DNA from: a virus
IMG/VR virus record: IMGVR_UViG_3300037502_002391
Span: 18,256-82,255 of that record
Length of the DNA stretch: 64,000 nt
Direction: 5' to 3' (one strand)
Shown: piece by piece, positions 59,121 to 64,000 of the stretch
How positions within the stretch are numbered: position 1 is the first letter of the stretch
How the letters are laid out: each line of letters opens with the position of its first letter
Notes under the pieces: generated by a model
What the model was told of the DNA's origin: nothing
The model's database searches: none
The model's input: only the letters and a program-made list of their open reading frames with translations
Translations under genes and position numbers: made by a program

Positions 59121-60956
59121 TTAAATGATAGTCACACCACTATTTGTATTTACTTTTACTGTGATGTCTTTTTCAGGATATCTTATATGATATATTTCAT
59201 TTGAGTCAGCATAAATTGTTTCATTTGTTGCAACAATAATTCTATTAGAAATAGGTGGATAATAACCAACAACTGGTTCTCCACCAGAATAATTTCCTCC
59301 AACAAGATTTTTAAATAAAATATTTGAAACACTAATAACCCCATTCAAATTTTGAATATTACTTTTAAGTTCTGATATATTTATGTCCTTTCCTAATTGC
59401 ATATTTTGTGGTGATAAATAAGTGTTAACTGTTGTAATAATATTATTTATAATATCTTTTGATGTTAAACCTGGTCTTATTGTAACTGCAACCTCAACTC
59501 CAACATCAATAACTTTTGCTGCTGAAACTAGAACATAATCATTTATCATTCTATAATTTGAAATATAATTTGCAATATTATCTGTTAAAAATTTTGAATT
59601 ATCACTAATTAGTTTCCCATTTGAATCATAGGATAATACAAGAATTTGAATCTTGTTATCAACTTCTTGGACTGAAACTTTTGCTGGTGCTCCAAATTGT
59701 GGTGGCATATTCCTAATTATTGCCTCATAATCATTTATTGTTACTGCTCTTTTTTGTGCTGCAAAATTAAATGAAACAAAATTTCTTACTTCTTCTGTGG
59801 ATGGCAATCCTGCACCACCAATTGCTGGAAAGTTATTATTAACTCTTAATGAATTAATTACAGCAGCTTCTTGTGCTGGATTTCCAGCATTTATTGTGAA
59901 AACATTTGTACCAATCTGATTTATAGTATTTGGTCCAAGATTTGTATTCAATCCGCCACCAACCCTATATTGTACAAATAATGTACTATTTGGTTTTAGT
60001 GTTCTACCTAATGAAAAATTATTTAAATAATTCTGTAATGTTGGTAATTGCCCTGTTGTTGTAAATTGATTTAATTGCTCTAATGCTGTATTCACTCCAT
60101 TACCAAATGTAAGTTTTTTAAAACCTTCTGATGTAAATTCACTAATAAAACGATTATCTGTTTGAATGTACTTACCAACCTTAATCCCAGCATCACCTGT
60201 GTCTTTTGTTGTATCAACTATAAAAATTCTATCCTCTGCCAAAGAATCAACCTCATACCATCTATCTATTTCACTAATAAAATCAGATGATGGTGGAATT
60301 GTGTTTATTTGCCCATCTTTCAATAACACACTTGTTATACCCAAAACGTTCTTATCTGGTAAAAATAATTCAAAAAATGGTCTAACATCTGATGCTGTTA
60401 TAACTCTCTTTAACACTTTTGTTGTTCCATTTATAACCGGCTCTCTTTTTGTTAAAGTATAATTAACTAACTTAGAATTTATTTCATTTCGTACTATAGT
60501 TAAATTCTTTGTCCCTTGTGCACTATAACTTGATTTAAAATCAATATCATTAATTGTTTCAAATGCAACACCATTTCCAAAAACTTGTGCCCCTCTTTGT
60601 AGAACACCTGCATATGCATAATTTGCTGAATCCCCATCTGCTGGAACTGTTATTGAAAAATCACATAAGGTTAATGATGGTCTTTGCCCTGGTATTTTTA
60701 AGCCATAAGTCCTTGCTATATTATATATAGATGATTTTTGTTGTGCATATTGTAAAACAGTTTCTTGTAAACTTCTATCAATATGATAATGTAAATTATC
60801 AGCAACTGCTGCATTTAAGTCTAAAAATACTGAAAATATTGAAGCATCACTAAAATCATTTATCAAATCAGGGTAATATGTGTTTACATAATTTAATAAT
60901 TCTGTTCTTATGCTCTGAAAATCCCTAACACCATATGATATTTTTCTATCTGCCAT
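59121..60956 (-). CDS. baseplate wedge subunit (T4 gp6/baseplate J-like)
   Basis: RDFQSIRTEL, DLNAAVADNLHY, FGNG, YRVGGG..TN, QKRAVTINDY. Confidence 0.85.
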   Translation of the reverse strand: MADRKISYGVRDFQSIRTELLNYVNTYYPDLINDFSDASIFSVFLDLNAAVADNLHYHIDRSLQETVLQYAQQKSSIYNIARTYGLKIPGQRPSLTLCDFSITVPADGDSANYAYAGVLQRGAQVFGNGVAFETINDIDFKSSYSAQGTKNLTIVRNEINSKLVNYTLTKREPVINGTTKVLKRVITASDVRPFFELFLPDKNVLGITSVLLKDGQINTIPPSSDFISEIDRWYEVDSLAEDRIFIVDTTKDTGDAGIKVGKYIQTDNRFISEFTSEGFKKLTFGNGVNTALEQLNQFTTTGQLPTLQNYLNNFSLGRTLKPNSTLFVQYRVGGGLNTNLGPNTINQIGTNVFTINAGNPAQEAAVINSLRVNNNFPAIGGAGLPSTEEVRNFVSFNFAAQKRAVTINDYEAIIRNMPPQFGAPAKVSVQEVDNKIQILVLSYDSNGKLISDNSKFLTDNIANYISNYRMINDYVLVSAAKVIDVGVEVAVTIRPGLTSKDIINNIITTVNTYLSPQNMQLGKDINISELKSNIQNLNGVISVSNILFKNLVGGNYSGGEPVVGYYPPISNRIIVATNETIYADSNEIYHIRYPEKDITVKVNTNSGVTII

Positions 60957-60957
60957 A

Positions 60958-61434
60958 TTATATATTTATTACAACAAAGTCACTACCAGCAAAACTATTA
61001 TTATTTGTGGTATATTCTATTTTTATTTTTGCAGTATTTTGATATGTGCCATTACCTGGCGATCTATAAATCTTATCTGCAGAACTTAATCCAACATCAT
61101 CAAGACTTAATTTTGTTGTTTGAACTTCTTCATCCTGAGTGATTGGTTCAATTGTTATCCTATTGATAATTAAATTTGGTATGTATTTTGAAATAGCATC
61201 ACGTATGTCATTTTCAATAACATCAAATGATACAACATCCATTGGCTCAAATAGGTATTCATAAAGTCTTGTTCCAAAATCAGGAAGATAATACCTGCTT
61301 CCTTTTCTTGTTAATAACAAATGCAATAATGCAGACCTAACCTCATCAGATGCTGTTTCTGTCATTTTTAAAGCATCCCCCCTTGTTGATGTATCAAATG
61401 GAAATTTTACTCCATATGTCAAGCCTTCTGCCAT
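60958..61434 (-). CDS. baseplate wedge subunit (T4 gp25/GPW-like)
   Basis: LLHLLLTRKGSRYYLPDFGTRL..YLFEP. Confidence 0.88.
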   Translation of the reverse strand: MAEGLTYGVKFPFDTSTRGDALKMTETASDEVRSALLHLLLTRKGSRYYLPDFGTRLYEYLFEPMDVVSFDVIENDIRDAISKYIPNLIINRITIEPITQDEEVQTTKLSLDDVGLSSADKIYRSPGNGTYQNTAKIKIEYTTNNNSFAGSDFVVINI

Positions 61435-61449
61435 TATAAATCATTTAAA

Positions 61450-61457
61450 TATAAATA
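61450..61457 (-). promoter_or_regulatory. TATTTATA box, candidate late promoter
   Basis: 15 nt upstream of ATG at 61434. Confidence 0.6.
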
Positions 61458-61498
61458 TATCTTTTTCACAAATTTTAAAATTATTTTACTTTATTGTA

Positions 61499-61506
61499 TA
61501 TTTATA
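61499..61506 (+). promoter_or_regulatory. TATTTATA box, candidate late promoter (plus strand)
   Basis: 11 nt upstream of ATG at 61518; orientation flips with gene orientation. Confidence 0.6.
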
Positions 61507-61517
61507 TAAAAAAAAAT

Positions 61518-61778
61518 ATGAGAACTATAAGATTATCAGAAACTGGTTTAACTAAACTTGTTAAAAGAATTGTTGAAGAAAAAGAAAGTGAAGGCATGTT
61601 TATGGACTACCATAGCCATAGTAAAGCAACCACTGGAAAAAAAGCAATGTCTATGATTAACAAAATCATAAATAAACTTTCAACAATGAAAGATAAATTT
61701 GATAATAGTAATTTTGCATTTAGTGAAGCTGATTTAAAAAAACTTGAAAAGTTTTATGACACATTGAGTGGAAAATAA
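61518..61778 (+). CDS. small putative head-internal protein
   Basis: Probable start MRTIRLSETGLTKLVKRIVEE; resembles the MTEEELVSFIENIINE motif of 561..1607. Confidence 0.6.
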   Translation: MRTIRLSETGLTKLVKRIVEEKESEGMFMDYHSHSKATTGKKAMSMINKIINKLSTMKDKFDNSNFAFSEADLKKLEKFYDTLSGK

Positions 61779-61798
61779 GTCTAAATAAATACTAGTAT

Positions 61799-61840
61799 TA
61801 AAAACCCCCAAATCTAATTTAATAGACTGGGGGTTTTTTA
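61799..61840. terminator. bidirectional rho-independent terminator
   Basis: aaaaaccccca...tgggggtttttt hairpin between convergent genes. Confidence 0.8.
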
Positions 61841-61855
61841 TTTAACAAATTGAAT

Positions 61856-63481
61856 CTATGCCTCGCAACTAACACATTCATTTATATTTCTTGCAAATGA
61901 TTGTGCTGAACTTTGACTAAACTGATAATACAAAGTTTTAACTCCCTCCTCATGTGCATACAAATATAATTGATTTATATCTTTTGCTGGAACTGATGGA
62001 TGAATCATCAAGTTAAGTGATTGTGATTGGTCAATATATTTCTGCCTCTGTGCTGCTTGTAATATAAGTTCTTTTGGTGATATTTCAATGAATGATTTAA
62101 AAACCTCTTTGGTTGGGAAATCCAAGTGCTGCACTGAACCATCCTTCTTCAAAATGCTCTCCCATATTTCTGGTGTGTTCAATCCATATTTTTGCAATTC
62201 ACCTTCCAAATAAGGATTCTTATAAATTGTTTTTGATTTTGCTAAATCCTTTATAAAATAATTTGATTTTATTGGTTCAATACCCATACTAACTTGACCA
62301 TGAATAAATGAACTTGATTTAGTTGGGGCTATTGCTATTAAGGTGGTGTTTGCATAACCCTCTCTCAATGATTTATATCCTTTTTCCTCAAACAAATATC
62401 TTGATGTTGCATCTGATTTTTCCTTTATTACTTTGAAAATCTGATTATTCAATTGTTTTGCCATCAATGATTCAAATGGGATTAATTTTGATTGAAATAG
62501 TGAATGATAACCTAATACCCCCAATCCAATTGCACGGTGTTGTGATGCAAATCTATTAGCCCTCTTCATCCCTGCCATTTTTCCAGATTTAAGAATGAAT
62601 TCATCCATAACTGCATTCAAAAACATAACATAAATTTCAATTGCATCACTATCTTTAATCTCATCCCAATGAACTAAATTCAATGAACCCAAGCAACAAA
62701 CAAAAGAATTAAATGAATCTGTTGGCAATTGAATTTCAGAACAAAGGTTACTTGCTGTTATCTCCAAACCCAATTCTTTATAGGGTGAATTGTTATTTGA
62801 ATTATCCTTGAACATAATATATGGAAAGCCAAACTCATTACGTCTTTGAATTATCTTTGCCCATATCTTTCTCTTGGTTGGGTCTCCCCCCTTCATATCA
62901 TTAATCCAATTATCTGTAACTGTAATTCCATATTGTAAATTCTGGATAGGATTGCCTTCTGTTCCAATATCTAAGAACTCCATAATGTCATCATGTTCAA
63001 CTGGTAGCCAGACTGCACATGCACCCCTTCTTGCTTCTGATTGCTTACAAACATCAACTACTGTGTCATAAACCCTTGCATAATGAACTGGACCATCTGC
63101 TGTCCCCCCTGTTGATATCTTGCTACCCCTAGCTCTAATATTGCCCAAATATGCACTTGTTCCACCACCATATTTTGACATCATACCAATCTCTCTTCCA
63201 GCATTTAGAATACTATCTAATGTGTCATCAATATTTGATCCATAACAACTAATAGGCAATCCTTTCTCCTTACCAAAATTAATCCATACAGGTGTTGATA
63301 GACTATAGAAACCTCTTGCCATATAATCCTCAAACTTAATAGCAAATCCATCAATTTTTAAATATTCTTCTGCTTTATTTGCAATATCTTTAATCCTTTG
63401 CTCGGGGGTTTCACTAATATACCCCCTTGATAAGAAAAGCCTACTCTCATCATTTAGCCAATAATATTTTTCTTTATTCAT
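61856..63481 (-). CDS. nrdA: ribonucleoside-diphosphate reductase class I alpha subunit (short, no ATP cone)
   Basis: STP..N.G, ISCY, GGGTS, RRGA, SNLCSEI, VCCLGS, IAPT, KTLYY, C-terminal CVSC. Confidence 0.93.
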   Translation of the reverse strand: MNKEKYYWLNDESRLFLSRGYISETPEQRIKDIANKAEEYLKIDGFAIKFEDYMARGFYSLSTPVWINFGKEKGLPISCYGSNIDDTLDSILNAGREIGMMSKYGGGTSAYLGNIRARGSKISTGGTADGPVHYARVYDTVVDVCKQSEARRGACAVWLPVEHDDIMEFLDIGTEGNPIQNLQYGITVTDNWINDMKGGDPTKRKIWAKIIQRRNEFGFPYIMFKDNSNNNSPYKELGLEITASNLCSEIQLPTDSFNSFVCCLGSLNLVHWDEIKDSDAIEIYVMFLNAVMDEFILKSGKMAGMKRANRFASQHRAIGLGVLGYHSLFQSKLIPFESLMAKQLNNQIFKVIKEKSDATSRYLFEEKGYKSLREGYANTTLIAIAPTKSSSFIHGQVSMGIEPIKSNYFIKDLAKSKTIYKNPYLEGELQKYGLNTPEIWESILKKDGSVQHLDFPTKEVFKSFIEISPKELILQAAQRQKYIDQSQSLNLMIHPSVPAKDINQLYLYAHEEGVKTLYYQFSQSSAQSFARNINECVSCEA

Positions 63482-63493
63482 TATTTTTATTTT

Positions 63494-64000
63494 TTAAAAT
63501 AAGTCATCCTCTGTTATGCTCTTGCTCTTTTTATTATAATCAATCTGTTTCTTATAAAAGAAATCCCCCTCCTTTGTTGATAAAATCTCCACATCAAACC
63601 ATAATGTTTTTTCAATTTCAGTAAAATCAACCTCAAATACTGGCTTCATTCCAATTCTATTTAATGAATTATTAAATCTATTCTGAATGAAATGTTTAAT
63701 TGTATCTTTTGATAAGAAACTTAATTCACCATTCTCAAATATCCAATCCAATATTCCACATTCAGCGGCATATGCTTTATGACAAGCTGATACAATCAAT
63801 GCTTCAAATTCTTCATCAAACCATTCTGGATTTTCTTCCTTAATTATATTGATAAGTTCTGATCCAAAATTGCCATGTATTTCTTCCTCCTTTGAGGTAG
63901 CCTCAACAACATTTGAAATACCCTTGAATAGATTTTTCTCTTTGTTAAAAGACATCATAATCAAGAACTGGCTAAACAAACTCACATGTTCAATAAACAA
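63494..64000 (-). CDS. nrdB: ribonucleotide reductase beta subunit, C-terminal part (truncated by window)
   Basis: EHVSLFSQF, EEEIH, DFF..KQIDY, C-terminal DDLF; adjacent to nrdA. Confidence 0.9.
   Translation of the reverse strand: MFIEHVSLFSQFLIMMSFNKEKNLFKGISNVVEATSKEEEIHGNFGSELINIIKEENPEWFDEEFEALIVSACHKAYAAECGILDWIFENGELSFLSKDTIKHFIQNRFNNSLNRIGMKPVFEVDFTEIEKTLWFDVEILSTKEGDFFYKKQIDYNKKSKSITEDDLF

Noticed and set aside
61856-64000. Intein or intron in nrdA/nrdB
   Set aside because: nrdA is compact and continuous, with no intein or homing-endonuclease motifs.

Overview
AT-rich, gene-dense, almost entirely minus-strand segment of a large (jumbo-type) myophage genome. Bacteroidota, probably Flavobacteriia, is the likely host: there are TAnnTTTG/TTTG promoters, A-rich leaders without Shine-Dalgarno sites, a Bacteroidota-RpoD-like sigma factor and SprB/FISUMP domains. 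Order from left: (1) putative head-internal proteins, one a mosaic protein carrying an HD phosphohydrolase; (2) a candidate lysis cassette with a degenerate Amidase_2; (3) a sigma-70 gene and a recombination/replication block (SbcC/gp46, SbcD/gp47, PD-(D/E)XK nuclease, primase, RuvC); (4) a ~46 kb baseplate/tail/fibre region (gp25, gp6-like, Tail_P2_I-like, SprB-repeat, FISUMP, mucin-like Thr/Pro fibres, three paralogous Kelch-like propellers); (5) nrdA and partial nrdB. The standout is a ~13 kb enzyme island inside the fibre genes. It encodes a GT4/GT-A/FkbM fusion, a methyltransferase, a methyltransferase fused to a TibC/Aah-type protein O-heptosyltransferase, a GT9-like protein, a sulfotransferase and three 2OG-Fe(II) oxygenases. 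I infer this is a phage-encoded virion protein-modification ('glycocalyx') system. A TATTTATA box sits upstream of structural genes on both strands (candidate late promoter), and CpG is strongly depleted. All calls come from motif recognition by eye; no searches were run.
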